DNA of 64,000 nucleotides from Strigamia acuminata (Eukaryota): NCBI GenBank assembly GCA_949358305.1, contig OX442314.1, positions 682,001 to 746,000 of the forward strand, read 5' to 3'. Shown piece by piece: positions 46,074 to 57,419 of this stretch (position 1 is its first letter; each line of letters starts with the position of its first letter). The notes under the pieces were generated by a model. It saw only the letters and a program-made list of their open reading frames with translations, ran no database searches and was not told where the DNA came from. The position numbers and the translations under genes were made by a program.

Positions 46074-46134
46074 ATTCTGTTCATTCGATTTGCAATAAAC
46101 AATAAACAATAAACAATTTTTGTTCATGTGTTAT

Positions 46135-46400
46135 TATTTTGCACCTATGTTGTGCATTTATCCAACAGAAATGCATTTTTGCACCTATTTTGTGCATTTA
46201 TGCAACAGAAATGCATTTTTGCACCTATTTTGTGCATTTATGCAACAGAAATGCATTTTTGCACCTATTTTGTGCATTTATGCAACAGAAATGCATTTTT
46301 GCACCTATTTTGTGCATTTATGCAACAGAAATGCATTTTTGCACCTATTTTGTGCATTTATGCAACAGAAATGCATTTTTGCACATATTTTGTGCATTTA
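46135..46400. repeat. 40-bp array gcacctattttgtgcatttatgcaacagaaatgcattttt
   Basis: Direct inspection. Confidence 0.9.
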
Positions 46401-46519
46401 TACCTGAGATAATGTCATTTTGTATTTTTTCCATGCATTTATGCATCCAAAAATGCATGTTTTGTAATTTTTTCCATTCAACTGTACACTTAAAAAGATG
46501 CAATTTCTACAAATCTTAC

Positions 46520-46672
46520 CTTGGCCAGATTGACTAGCACTTGGTATCGAGAATTGATAAGTCGCTGCTGGTTATTCACGTACGAATCCAAATGTGACGT
46601 GAGCAACGCTTGCGCCATTGTATCCAAGCCATCCATCGCTCGCTGCTCGTCTATCAGCTCGTTCAACAAAAT
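46520..46672 (-). CDS. Msp300: Nesprin exon (upstream of the 15 kb intron)
   Basis: AG/gtaag, 153 nt. Confidence 0.85.
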
Positions 46673-46733
46673 CTACAAAGGTTTTCTAGGTCAATCCTCC
46701 ACATGTCAATCATTTAATCAAAGCGCTCTTTAC

Positions 46734-46882
46734 GGTGCAGCGATCCAGCGACGCCTTTTTCTCCTCCAGAGAACTTCGCAAACACGTTTTGTGATCCTTC
46801 AACTCCGTCTCGACGCTCTGCAGCCACTCGGAAATCCGATCGTACTCGTCCTTATACGTGTGCCATTGATCCAACGTGCGAC
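46734..46882 (-). CDS. Msp300: Nesprin exon
   Basis: AG/GT, phase 1-0. Confidence 0.85.
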
Positions 46883-46946
46883 CTAAAATTACAAATTTTT
46901 TTTAAAAAATTAAAATTTTTAAACTTTTTTTAATTTTTTTAATTTT

Positions 46947-47449
46947 TAGGGTTTCTGTTTTCCCGCCTTTTTTAATTCCAACAAAATGGCAGGTACTCCC
47001 GGAAAAAAAGAATCGGGCATTTTTTTTGTCAAAAATGGCCATTTTTAACCATTTTTCAATGTAAAAATGACCATTTTTAACCATTTTTCAATGTAAAAAT
47101 GACCATTTTTAGCCATTTTCATGTAAAAATAAATCGTTTTTCGTCAAAAATGGCCATTTTAAACCATTTTTCAATGTAAAAATGACCATTTTTAGCCATT
47201 TTCATGTAAAAATGGCCGTTATTCGTCAAAAATGGCCATTTTTAACCATTTTTCAATGTAAAAATGACCATTTTTAGCCATTTTCGAGTAAAAATGGCCG
47301 TTTTTCGTCAAAAATGGCCACTTTTAACCATTTTTCAATTGTAAAAATGGCCGTTTTTCGTCAAAAATGGCCATTTTTTGGTTATTTTTCAAATTTCCAG
47401 GTTCCCGGTTCCATCATTTTTCATCCGGTTTCCCGATACCGAAACCCTA
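46947..47449. mobile_element. hAT-like MITE, same family
   Basis: TAGGGTTTC...GAAACCCTA. Confidence 0.7.
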
Positions 47450-47473
47450 CAAATTTTTCTTTCAATCATTTAC

Positions 47474-47654
47474 GCAATTGCTTCTTTTGTTGCGTTATTT
47501 CCTTGAAAATATCCTGAAATTCTTTCTCCAGGGTCTTCATTTCCGTTTTGATCGCCTCCTGGCCGCCAGGCGACGTCGTCGCTAGGACGTTCTGACCCAT
47601 TTGGAAGATCTGATCCAACTTGAGTTGTCCCTGGACGCGTTTTCCTTCGTATTG
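47474..47654 (-). CDS. Msp300: Nesprin exon
   Basis: AG/GT, phase 0-1. Confidence 0.85.
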
Positions 47655-47719
47655 CTGAGAAAAAGTAAGAAAAAAATCAATGATGTCAGGAATTGCGATC
47701 ATTTTGTGTCGTGTTTTAC

Positions 47720-48037
47720 TTCCAGACTGGCAACTGCGGCCTCCAGGGCGACGCGGTTGGTCAGAGACTGCGTGAGGAGCGGTAATCGCTCTTGGATGTT
47801 GTTAATCCAAGTGACGAAGTCGTCGCAAGCCGCTTTGAAATCGCAATGGTCTTTGCAGTGTTGCTCGCACTGCATGGAGAGAGCTTTGAGGTTCTCGTCG
47901 ATGGCCGTGAATCGCGAGAGGGTGTCGAGGGCTTGTGCAGCGGCGTGCTCTTGTTTGCCGCTTGCGGAGAGTTCGTCGGCTTTTGTTTTTAGCGCTTCTA
48001 CGTCGAGGCGTTCGCGTGAAACCTTCTCGGATAAACC
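47720..48037 (-). CDS. Msp300: Nesprin exon
   Basis: AG/GT, 318 nt. Confidence 0.85.
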
Positions 48038-48049
48038 CTGGAAAATATT

Positions 48050-48480
48050 ACAAAATTTAAAGATTTATCAGAAAAAGCCCAAAAATTCAAAGATTTATCA
48101 GAAAAAGCCCAAAAATTTAAAGATTTATCAGAAAAAGTCCAATAATTCAAAGATTTACAACAAAAAATCCAAAAATTGAAACATTTACACCAAAAAATCC
48201 AAAATTTCAAACATTTACACCAAAAAATGCAAAAATTCAAACTTTTACACCAAAAAATGCAAAAATTCAAACATTTACACCAAAAAATCCAAAAATTCAA
48301 ACATTTACACAAAAAATTCAAACATTTACACAAAAATTCAAACTTTTACACCAAAAAATGCAAAAATTCAAACATTTACACCAAAAAATCCAAAAATTCA
48401 AACATTTACACCAAAAAATCCAAAAATTCAACATTTACACCAAAAAATCCAAAAATTCAAACATTTACACCAAAAAATTA
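48050..48480. repeat. About 30-bp array caaaaattcaaacatttacaccaaaaaatc
   Basis: Direct inspection. Confidence 0.85.
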
Positions 48481-48508
48481 AAAGACAAAATTTTGTTCAA
48501 ATGTTTAC

Positions 48509-49003
48509 TTTGATCCGCTCGAGCTGAGCTTTCTTTTCCGGAATGGTCGCTTGGAATTCCGACACCTCCTTCACCCCCGCTTCGAGATAATCGACGTCGC
48601 GCAGCAATTGCTGAATATGGTCTAAAAATCCAGCCCACTTGTGTATAATATCCTCCAAAGTCACTTTAGTTTCGGCCGTTTTCGACGCCAAATTGCTCCA
48701 CTCCTGCTGCACCCTCATCACCGCGTCGTTGATGCTTTCGTGGCCCGCCGTGGCCGTGTTCACCAAGATGTTCTGCGCACGCTCGATCAGCGACTGCACT
48801 TTGATGAACCCTTCCTCCTTATAAAGTATTAAATTCTGAACCGAAGCCAATTTTGATTCCAGATCTTCGTGCGAGGTCGCGCTCACGTCGCTGCACTCCG
48901 CCAACCGTTTTCCGATCTCGGACAGCCACGTTCTGCAGTTTTCCAGTTCACTTTCGAATTCTTGGTGACTGCTGACGTAACCTTGCCATTTCACGATCAA
49001 ATC
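48509..49003 (-). CDS. Msp300: Nesprin exon
   Basis: AG/GT, 495 nt. Confidence 0.9.
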
Positions 49004-49096
49004 CTGCAATTTATTTTATTTTATTTTATTTTTTATTAATTTTAATTAATTTATTGCATGAAAAGTGCGAAAAATCAACGGGAAATTGTTGAATAC

Positions 49097-49243
49097 TTTG
49101 ATCCGGCTGATTGTTTGCTGGTATCGAACTCCCAGTTCAGATATGGTGCTGCCTCGATGGAGACTTGTCGTGTATAGTTGATGAGCTTTTTCGAGTACGT
49201 TGTCCATTTCCAGTTCTTTAGCGCGGATTTCGCCTTGAAGGTT
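49097..49243 (-). CDS. Msp300: Nesprin exon
   Basis: aattacag/GT, 147 nt, NLQGEIRAKELEMDNV. Confidence 0.8.
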
Positions 49244-49469
49244 CTGTAATTATTTGAGGAATTATTAGGTTTGGGTCCGATTGGTTCGTTACAGTGGCGG
49301 AACAACGGATCAATGGCTCCCTGCAAATTGATAAATTTAAATTTAAATTTAAACTAATTTCTCACAGTTTTGTTGTATGACGCAAATATTTGTCAAATAG
49401 CAGAAAGGATTTGATAATTTTCGACCATTTTGAGAGATTTTTGATAATTTTTTTGAAAAATTTGACGAA

Positions 49470-50030
49470 TTTAAGATAAATTTGAGGAATTTAAGATAAA
49501 TTTGAGGAATTTAAGATAAATTTGAGGAATTTAAGATAAATTTGAGGAATTTAAGATAAATTTGAGGAATTTAAGATAAATTTGAGGAATTTAAGATAAA
49601 TTTGAGGAATTTAAGATAAATTTTGACAAATTTCACCAATTTTGAATAAATTTCGACCATTTTGAGAAATATTTGAGAATTTTTTCAACAAATTTGGAAT
49701 AAATTTGAAAAATTTTCGGAAATTTTGACAAATTTCGGATATATTTGACAGATTTTCGGAAATTTCGACAAATTTTCGGAAATTTCGACAAATTTTCGGA
49801 AATTTCGACAAATTTTCAGAAATTTCGACAAATGTTTGCAATTTTCGATAATTTCCATAAAATTTCAGTAATTTCCATAAAATGTCGCTAATTTCCATAA
49901 AATTTTGCTAATTTCCATAAAATGTCGCTAATTTCCATAAAATGTCGCTAATTTCCATAAAATTTCGCTAATTACCAAAAAAAATCGCTAATTTCCAAAA
50001 TTTTTTGCCAATTTCCATAAAATTTCGACA
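49470..50030. repeat. 20-bp arrays (ttaagataaatttgaggaat and others)
   Basis: Direct inspection. Confidence 0.85.
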
Positions 50031-50182
50031 TATTTGAGGAGTTTTGTCAAACATCAACAAATTTTTTAACAATTTCCAAAAATTATAATCAAATAACAAA
50101 TTTGACAAATCTCATCAGATTCTAACAAATATTCCTGCAAGTAAAGTTGTCACGCCACCAATTCACCAAAAAACTAAAATAC

Positions 50183-50374
50183 TTTAAGAATATTAAGTTG
50201 TTCTTGTTTCTCCTTCGCTGTAGCTTTCAAATCAACTCCATGCAAATTGCTGTCCATCTCCCTCAACCAATTCGACGTTTCTTCCAAACTTTTCTCGTAA
50301 TCATTCCAAGCTCCAACCAATTTCTCCAAATTCCCAATCAAATTTTTTGTCGTCGCAATCAACGAATGCCATTC
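50183..50374 (-). CDS. Msp300: Nesprin exon
   Basis: AG/GT, 192 nt. Confidence 0.85.
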
Positions 50375-50433
50375 CTAAAAAAAGAAAACAAAAATGGTAA
50401 ATACCGGTAACACCAAAACCAAACACCCCTCAC

Positions 50434-50565
50434 CTGTTGCACCGCATAAATCTCTCTTTCAATCGTTTGTTGACCCTCTTCGGACGACCCAGCGAGTACT
50501 TTACCGCTCAAATCCTTCACTTTTGTCAGATTTTGTTCCTCGTCGGTAAAATTAGACAAAAGACC
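50434..50565 (-). CDS. Msp300: Nesprin exon
   Basis: AG/gtgag, 132 nt. Confidence 0.85.
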
Positions 50566-51078
50566 CTAAAAAACAAACAATTTCACCATAAAATCAATTT
50601 TTTCCATCAGAAATAAATTTCTTTCATCCAAATTCAATTTTTTTCATTAAACTTCAATTTTTTTTCATCAAAATTCAATTTTTTTTTATCATAATTCAAT
50701 TTTTTTATCAAAATTCAATTTATTTCATCAAAAATCAAATTTTTTCATTAAAAAATCGATTTTTTATTAGAAAATCAACTTTTTTTTATTAAAAAAAACA
50801 ATTTTTCATTAGAAAATCAATTTTTTTCATTAGAAAATCCATTTATTATTAGAAAATCAAATTTTTTCTTTATAAAATCAATTTTTTTCATTAAAAAATC
50901 AATTTTTCATTAGAAAATTAACTTTTTTTATTAAAAAAACAATTTTTCATTAGAAAGTCAACTTTTTTTTAGAAAATCAACTTTTTTTTATTAAAAAAAC
51001 AATTTTTTATTAGAAAATCAACTTTTTTCATTAGAAAATCAATTTTTCATTAGAAAATCAATTTTTCATTAGAAAATC

Positions 51079-52184
51079 GGGTCAGGGTTTTGCCAGCGTT
51101 TTAAAGTGCCAGCGTTTCTGTATTCAGCGTTTTTTATTAATATATATTTTTTTGTTTTTTAATTTAATTTTGCCAGCGTTTTACGTTGCCAGCGTTTATT
51201 GTTGCCAGCGTTAATTGTTTCTAGCGTCCAATAAATTTAAATAATAAAATAATAATAATAATTAATTTGCCATTTTTTATTTATTCAGCGTTTTTAAATT
51301 TGTTGTTTAAATTTAAATTGCCTGAGTTTTTGTTTTTAGCGTTTTTTTTGTTTTTATTTTATTTTTTAAATTCAGAGTAAACTAAAACAGTTTTATGTCC
51401 AGTTAAAATCACCTGCCTGCAAGACAGGCAGTTATTTTTGACTATTTCTTTAAGGATTCCGGATATTTGGGTGTATTTCCGTCCCGATATCGAAAAAACG
51501 TTTCGGCATGCCAATGGTAGTGACCAGCTTGATCAACTGGTGTGTTAAATCGTGTAATTATGGTGGTTTGCACTAATCCAGTCATATTGAATTGATTGAA
51601 AGTAAGATGCTGGCAATGATAATTTCGGCAATCAAGTGACATTATACAGTATATCCCCTGTCATGTGTGCAGCCTTGGACATAAAAATTGTCCCAGTTTA
51701 GCTTGAAGCTCTCCTGCAGAATGAGCGTTTTCGGCTGTATCCACCGATAAGGTGTGACAAATTGACACATCTGGGGTTTAGATGACACAACAAACCCAAC
51801 AAAATCCAACAACGATACCCCAATAAAATCCACTAATACCAACCCACTAACAACCAACCCGAAAATCCGAAAAACAACAACAAACAAATAACAACGTTGC
51901 ACGTACATGCGACGTGCAACAAATGCGTATACGGACGCGGGAATTAAATACGCTGGCACAAAAAACGCTGGCGTTTAAAACGCTGGCACAAAAAACGCTG
52001 GCACTGGAAACGCTGGCACTAGAAACGCTGGCAAACAAAACGCTAAAATCAAATCGAATATAAACGTTATTTATTAAATAATTAAAACGCTGAAATTGAA
52101 AACGCTGGGAAAAAAAAAAATATATTGCAAAAACGCTGAAAATTAAAACGCTGGCAGTCCAAAACGCTGGCAACGCTGTGCACC
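51079..52184. mobile_element. TIR element (GG ends, 8-bp TSD) with GCCAGCGTTT subterminal arrays, inserted in a minisatellite
   Basis: Duplication AGAAAATC relative to satellite phase; inverted arrays gccagcgttt / aaacgctggc. Confidence 0.65.
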
Positions 52185-52930
52185 AGAAAATCAATTTTTC
52201 ATTAGAAAATCAATTTTTCATTAGAAAATCAATTTTTCATTAGAAAATCAATTTTTCATTAGAAAATCAATTTTTCATTAGAAAATCAATTTTTCATTAG
52301 AAAATCAATTTTTCATTAGAAAATCAATTTTTCATTAGAAAATCAATTTTTCATTAGAAAATCAATTTTTCATTAGAAAATCAATTTTTCATTAGAAAAT
52401 CAATTTTTCATTAGAAAATCAATTTTTCATTAGAAAATCAATTTTTCATTAGAAAATCAATTTTTCATTAGAAAATCAATTTTTCATTAGAAAATCAATT
52501 TTTCATTAGAAAATCAATTTTTCATTAGAAAATCAATTTTTCATTAGAAAATCAATTTTTCATTAGAAAATCAATTTTTCATTAGAAAATCAATTTTTCA
52601 TTAGAAAATCAATTTTTCATTAGAAAATCAATTTTTCATTAGAAAATCAATTTTTCATTAGAAAATCAATTTTTCATTAGAAAATCAATTTTTCATTAGA
52701 AAATCAATTTTTCATTAGAAAATCAATTTTTCATTAGAAAATCAATTTTTCATTAGAAAATCAATTTTTCATTAGAAAATCAATTTTTCATTAGAAAATC
52801 AATTTTTCATTAGAAAATCAATTTTTCATTAGAAAATCAATTTTTCATTAGAAAATCAATTTTTCATTAGAAAATCAATTTTTCATTAGAAAATCAATTT
52901 TTCATTAGAAAATCAATTTTTCATTAGAAA
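52185..52930. repeat. Perfect 19-bp array agaaaatcaatttttcatt
   Basis: About 39 identical units. Confidence 0.95.
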
Positions 52931-53127
52931 TTTAATTTTTTTCATTAAAAAAATCAATTTTTCATTAGAAAATCTATTTTTCATTAGACAATCAACTTTT
53001 TTTTATTAAAAAAACAATTTTTTATTAGAAAATCAATTTTTTCCATTTAAAAAAATTAATTTTTCGATTGAAATAAATAAATTTTCCAATTTATGAAAAC
53101 CAATTTTTTATAGACAAAAATCAATAC

Positions 53128-53439
53128 TTTAAGCCGTTCCAAATTGCTCAAAAGCGTCGTTCTGTCCTGATTCGTGTCGCCCAACGAGTTAACCGTCGCT
53201 CTATTGATAGTCAGCCATTTCTTCATGTCCTCAATCGCCTCCGCATACTGCTGATGAACTCCCACCAATTGCTCGTAACTCTCAACAAACGACTGCGCTC
53301 TCTGCAGCAACTCCTGGTGCACATTCCAGATCTTATTCAATCTTTCCTCCACATTCTCCTCTTTATCAGCCAAAGCGTTCGTTTTCTGCCTCAAATCGCT
53401 GATCACGTTCTGATGCGCCACAATATCGTGAAGTATAAC
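53128..53439 (-). CDS. Msp300: Nesprin exon
   Basis: AG/GT, 312 nt. Confidence 0.85.
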
Positions 53440-53492
53440 CTAAAAACAAACAATAAACAAACAAACAATCTCCTTTTTCAATCATATTTTAC

Positions 53493-53819
53493 TCTGTAAG
53501 CTTGTAATTGTGTTTTTTTGTCGTCCAGCGTCTCGTGGTACTCGATTCGCTCTCCCAGTTGCGCCAACGTGAGTTGAATCCAGTCCTTTATGGCCGCAAT
53601 TTCCTCCTCGAACCCGGACCAAGTGGACAAACTAGTCCGCAGTTTGTGCTCGGCGCTGCTCAAATTGTCGAAAAACATCTCGTAGTCCGAGTGCAACTCT
53701 TCCAGCTGCCGTCGTATTATTTGCTGTCCTTCCGGACTCGTGAACGCGTACAATCCTTCGCCCAACTCGTTGACCATGCTCAGTCGACCCATCGCGTCCA
53801 CCTGTTCCTTGAGCAACGA
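53493..53819 (-). CDS. Msp300: Nesprin exon
   Basis: AG/GT, 327 nt. Confidence 0.85.
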
Positions 53820-53926
53820 CTGAAATTGCAAAAAAAAAAATAAAAAAAAATTAATTATAAAATTTTTAAAAAAATTTAATTATAAAATTATAAAAAAAAT
53901 TTTTTTTTTAATTTTTTAAAAATTAC

Positions 53927-54247
53927 TTTAATTGTGGTCAGTTTGGACGTGGCGCTGGATTTGTCCGCGAGCGACGTGTCGGAACACGCCGAATATTTGT
54001 CCTGCGATTTTCGTAGCCAGACGAAACAATCGTTGTATTTTTCCGCAAATCGCTTGTGGTCGTGGACGTGTTGTTCGCATTTCTTGACCACCTCCTTGGC
54101 CGTGAAGAGCAGCGACTGGTATCGAGAAGTCACTTGCTGCGTGCCGGCTTTCAGACGCGATTCGGAGGTCACTTGCATGAGTTCGGCGCACGAATCGCTC
54201 ATCGAGTCCGTTTTTTTCTGCACTTGTAGAATATCTCCTTGAATGTT
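53927..54247 (-). CDS. Msp300: Nesprin exon
   Basis: AG/GT, 321 nt. Confidence 0.85.
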
Positions 54248-54321
54248 CTAAAAACAATTTAAAAAAAAATTAAAATTAAAATTAATTAATTAATTGTAAA
54301 AACGAAATAAATGGAAATTAG

Positions 54322-55211
54322 TAGGGCTAGGATAAATGCATAAATGCATAGGAATTATTTTTATTCAATAAAAAGCCAAAATTGGCTATAAATGCATATT
54401 TTCCAAAAATGAGAAATAAATGCATAAATCGCCATTTTTCCGGGAAAAAACGACGATTTGTGTCTTTTTTTAACGATACCTAACATTTACATATCAATTT
54501 TTGCCTTTTTTTTAAGTGTACGTATTGTGAGTGTTCGGACGGACGCCACGTGGTCAGGGGAGGGCCACGAGGCGCTGGACGCAACACACACGATGATTAA
54601 ATCCACGAAATACACAAAAGACACGAGTTTAGGTTTTGGTTATTGCTTTATTGATGTCTAGGGGTGTTATGGTGTCTCAAGGTGTATTTCCCAAATGTAA
54701 TGGCTGCCTAGCAGCCATTCCTGATCGGCGCGCGTGTCACGGCGATCTTGGAATCGCCATGACACACGAGGTCGTTTGAATGCAGTTCGGCCGTATCGTC
54801 GTAACGTTCTTCAGAACATACGACAAACACGGCGTCTTGGACGCTCAGGTTCCAGTGGGCGACCCACTTCCGGGTCCCGATTGGTCAAGCCAACAGCCCA
54901 CAGCTCCACCTGGTTGCGGGGAACCGCAACAGGTCGCGCGAGACACACAAGATGCGCGAAAGCTGTGTTGAGTGCCCTGTGTTGCAGGCAAGTGATCAGC
55001 CTGCTTGGGCAGCTGATCACAGTATGCTTGCGTTCAAAAAACTGAGAACTTTGCCAAAACAGACACCAGGGAAAGTCACTAAATTAGTGTCTGGAAAAAC
55101 TTTTAAAAAATAAACAAATAATTTTTTTTTTATTTTGCATAGAATGGAATTTTTGGTGCATATTTTACGCGCATAAAACAAATGTTATTTTTCTTAAATA
55201 TCCGTGGTCTA
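54322..55211. mobile_element. hAT-like MITE hosting the solo LTR
   Basis: TAG...CTA ends, 8-bp TSD GAAATTAG/GAAACTAG. Confidence 0.5.
54526..55021 (-). mobile_element. Solo LTR, 496 bp
   Basis: TGTGA...TCACA ends, 4-bp TSD GTAT, AATAAA on minus strand near 54650. Confidence 0.75.
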
Positions 55212-55259
55212 GAAACTAGTTTATTAGTTTTTCCTTATGGGAATTTGTTTGCGGCTTAC

Positions 55260-55334
55260 TTGTTCCAAAATCTCGGCTGCATTATAGAAATCTTGAAGAG
55301 ACCTACTCTTGGCCTCTACCAATGCTAATAACCC
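55260..55334 (-). CDS. Msp300: Candidate cassette exon GLLALVEAKSRSLQDFYNAAEILEQ
   Basis: ctttag/gtaag, 75 nt, phase 0-0, no stop. Confidence 0.55.
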
Positions 55335-55464
55335 CTAAAGAATTGAAAAAATATAAAAAAGAAGAAAATCATAAAGAAAATGTGAAAATAATATTAAAAA
55401 AATGATAAAATAAAGATGACCCGGGATAAAAGGTGGCGCTGCGGACTTGTTTGGTCGGTTGTAC

Positions 55465-55660
55465 CTGGTATTTCTGCATTTGTTCTTCTTTTTCTTCTAG
55501 GGTGGTTTTGGGAGCGAATTCTTTGAGAACTGTTTCGGTTTCGGTCAACCATCGCAGAATCTTCTCCACTTGTTCTTCGTATTGGGTCCATTGCTGGATG
55601 CGCACCTCCAAACTGTCCATGTTTCCTTTGATCGTCGAACTGAGTTTCTCGAAATCCAAC
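55465..55660 (-). CDS. Msp300: Nesprin exon
   Basis: AG/GT, phase 2-0. Confidence 0.85.
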
Positions 55661-55751
55661 CTGAAATTCAAAAATTTCAAAAAATTCAAAATTCAAAATT
55701 CAAAAATTTCAAAAAATTCAAAATTCAAAATTCAAAATTATTTGCTCTCAC

Positions 55752-55879
55752 CTCATGGTTTGCTGCTCCCGTTCCAGAATCTCTCTGCTCCGTTGCGGCA
55801 AATCGACGAACAATTGTTCCGCTTGTTTAGCAATCGCCTTCAAGTTGGCTTCTCCCTCGCACATTTTATTATCCAAATC
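55752..55879 (-). CDS. Msp300: Nesprin exon
   Basis: AG/gtgag, phase 0-2; the preceding 63-nt intron is in frame and stop-free. Confidence 0.75.
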
Positions 55880-55942
55880 CTTCAAACCAGCGCCAAAATC
55901 AATCAAACATTCGAATAAAAATTCTCTCTCTCTCTCAATTAC

Positions 55943-56107
55943 TTTCATCTTATCCAACCGACTCATCATCGCCTGCTTGTTGTCCGTGTAGTCCGTAAAA
56001 ACCAGCAGTTGATCCCACACGCTTTTCTGCCACTCGGCTTGACTTTGTTGCAGCTCGGAAAACCGGTGCAAATTCTCGATCGTCACGTCCAATTTCCGAA
56101 CTAAATT
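55943..56107 (-). CDS. Msp300: Nesprin exon
   Basis: AG/GT, 165 nt. Confidence 0.8.
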
Positions 56108-56119
56108 CTACACACAAAA

Positions 56120-56580
56120 AATAAATAAATAAATAAAAAATACCAAAAATAAACAAAAATACCAAAAATAAACAAAAATACCAAAAATAAACAAAAAACA
56201 CCAAAAATAAACAAAAAATACCAAAAATAAACAAAAAATACCAAAAATAAACAAAAATATTTGTAAAAAAATACCAAAAATAAACAAAAATATTTTTCAA
56301 AAAAATACCAAAAATAAACAAAAAATACCAAAAAATACCAAAAATTAACAAAAAAATACCAAAAAATTAACAAAAAATACCAAAAATAAACAAAAAATAC
56401 CAAAAATAAACAAAATATCCCAAAAAAAATTTTAAAAAATGAAAAGAAATACCAAAAATAAACAAAAAAATTAAAAAAGTACCAAAAATAAACAAAAAAT
56501 TTTTTTTTAAAAATACCAAAAATAAAAAAAAAAATTGTAAAAAAATACCAAAAATAAACAAAAAAATTAACAAAAATTTA
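56120..56580. repeat. About 20-bp array accaaaaataaacaaaaaat
   Basis: Direct inspection. Confidence 0.85.
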
Positions 56581-56581
56581 C

Positions 56582-56722
56582 AGTTATGGTTGCGGCTAAA
56601 TTGTCGTATCGTTTCTTCATGCTCGCTGTGCCCTCTCTCGTCGCTGGATTCGTTATGTTTTCACTTTTCTCGCAAATCGAGTCGACGATTCGCTTGTGAG
56701 CCGCCACGTCTTGTTGAAGACT
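56582..56722 (-). CDS. Msp300: Nesprin exon
   Basis: AG/GT, 141 nt. Confidence 0.85.
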
Positions 56723-56794
56723 CTATAGAAAAAAATTTAAAAATTTAAAAATTTAAAAATATAAAAATTCAAAAAAAATTAATAAACAAATTAC

Positions 56795-56893
56795 TTTATA
56801 TCGCACGAGTTTATTTTTCGCTTCTTGGAACGTCCCCCACGTGCGCTGCTCACTGTGCAGCGATTTCTCGACGACATCCAACCAGTTGACGAT
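56795..56893 (-). CDS. Msp300: Nesprin exon
   Basis: AG/GT, 99 nt. Confidence 0.8.
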
Positions 56894-56947
56894 CTGTTCC
56901 AAATTCAAAATTACTCTCAAGATTCACAAATACTTCACTTATCCTAC

Positions 56948-57175
56948 TTGTTGCAGTCCCTCGTGGTACTGCAGCTGTTGCTGGCTGTCCGTTTCCATCT
57001 GTTTCTGGTAGTTTTCGACGCCGCCGCTCAACTGTTCCCACAATTCGCGCAGTCCTCGCAGTTCGTGCCGAATTTGTTCCCGGCCGGCCGACGCAGTATC
57101 TGCGTAAAGTCGTTCGCCCAAATTGATGACGAGGTTTAACTTGGCCGTCCCTCGTTCTCGCTCCATCGTTAAAAA
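56948..57175 (-). CDS. Msp300: Nesprin exon
   Basis: AG/GT, 228 nt. Confidence 0.85.
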
Positions 57176-57237
57176 CTAAAATAAATAAATAAAATCGTTT
57201 ATTTTCGAGCCGACGCGGCGTTTTACGGCAACATTAC

Positions 57238-57390
57238 TTGTAGTTTCTTCGTCTTTTCGTCGACGTCTTCAATTCTGTCGAGCAGATTGAGCTCGGCGTT
57301 GAGCGCGGTCAACCAATCGCTCGTTTCTGTAAATTTCTGCTGGAAGGTTTTGTGGTCGTCCACTATGGACTGCCATTTGCAAATTTGGTC
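57238..57390 (-). CDS. Msp300: Nesprin exon
   Basis: AG/GT, 153 nt. Confidence 0.85.
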
Positions 57391-57419
57391 CTGGAAAAAA
57401 AATTTAATCAATTAATTAG

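Noticed and set aside
49244..49326. Extension of the exon to the acceptor at 49320
   Set aside because: Not in frame with the spectrin-like translation; the acceptor at 49243 fits phase 0
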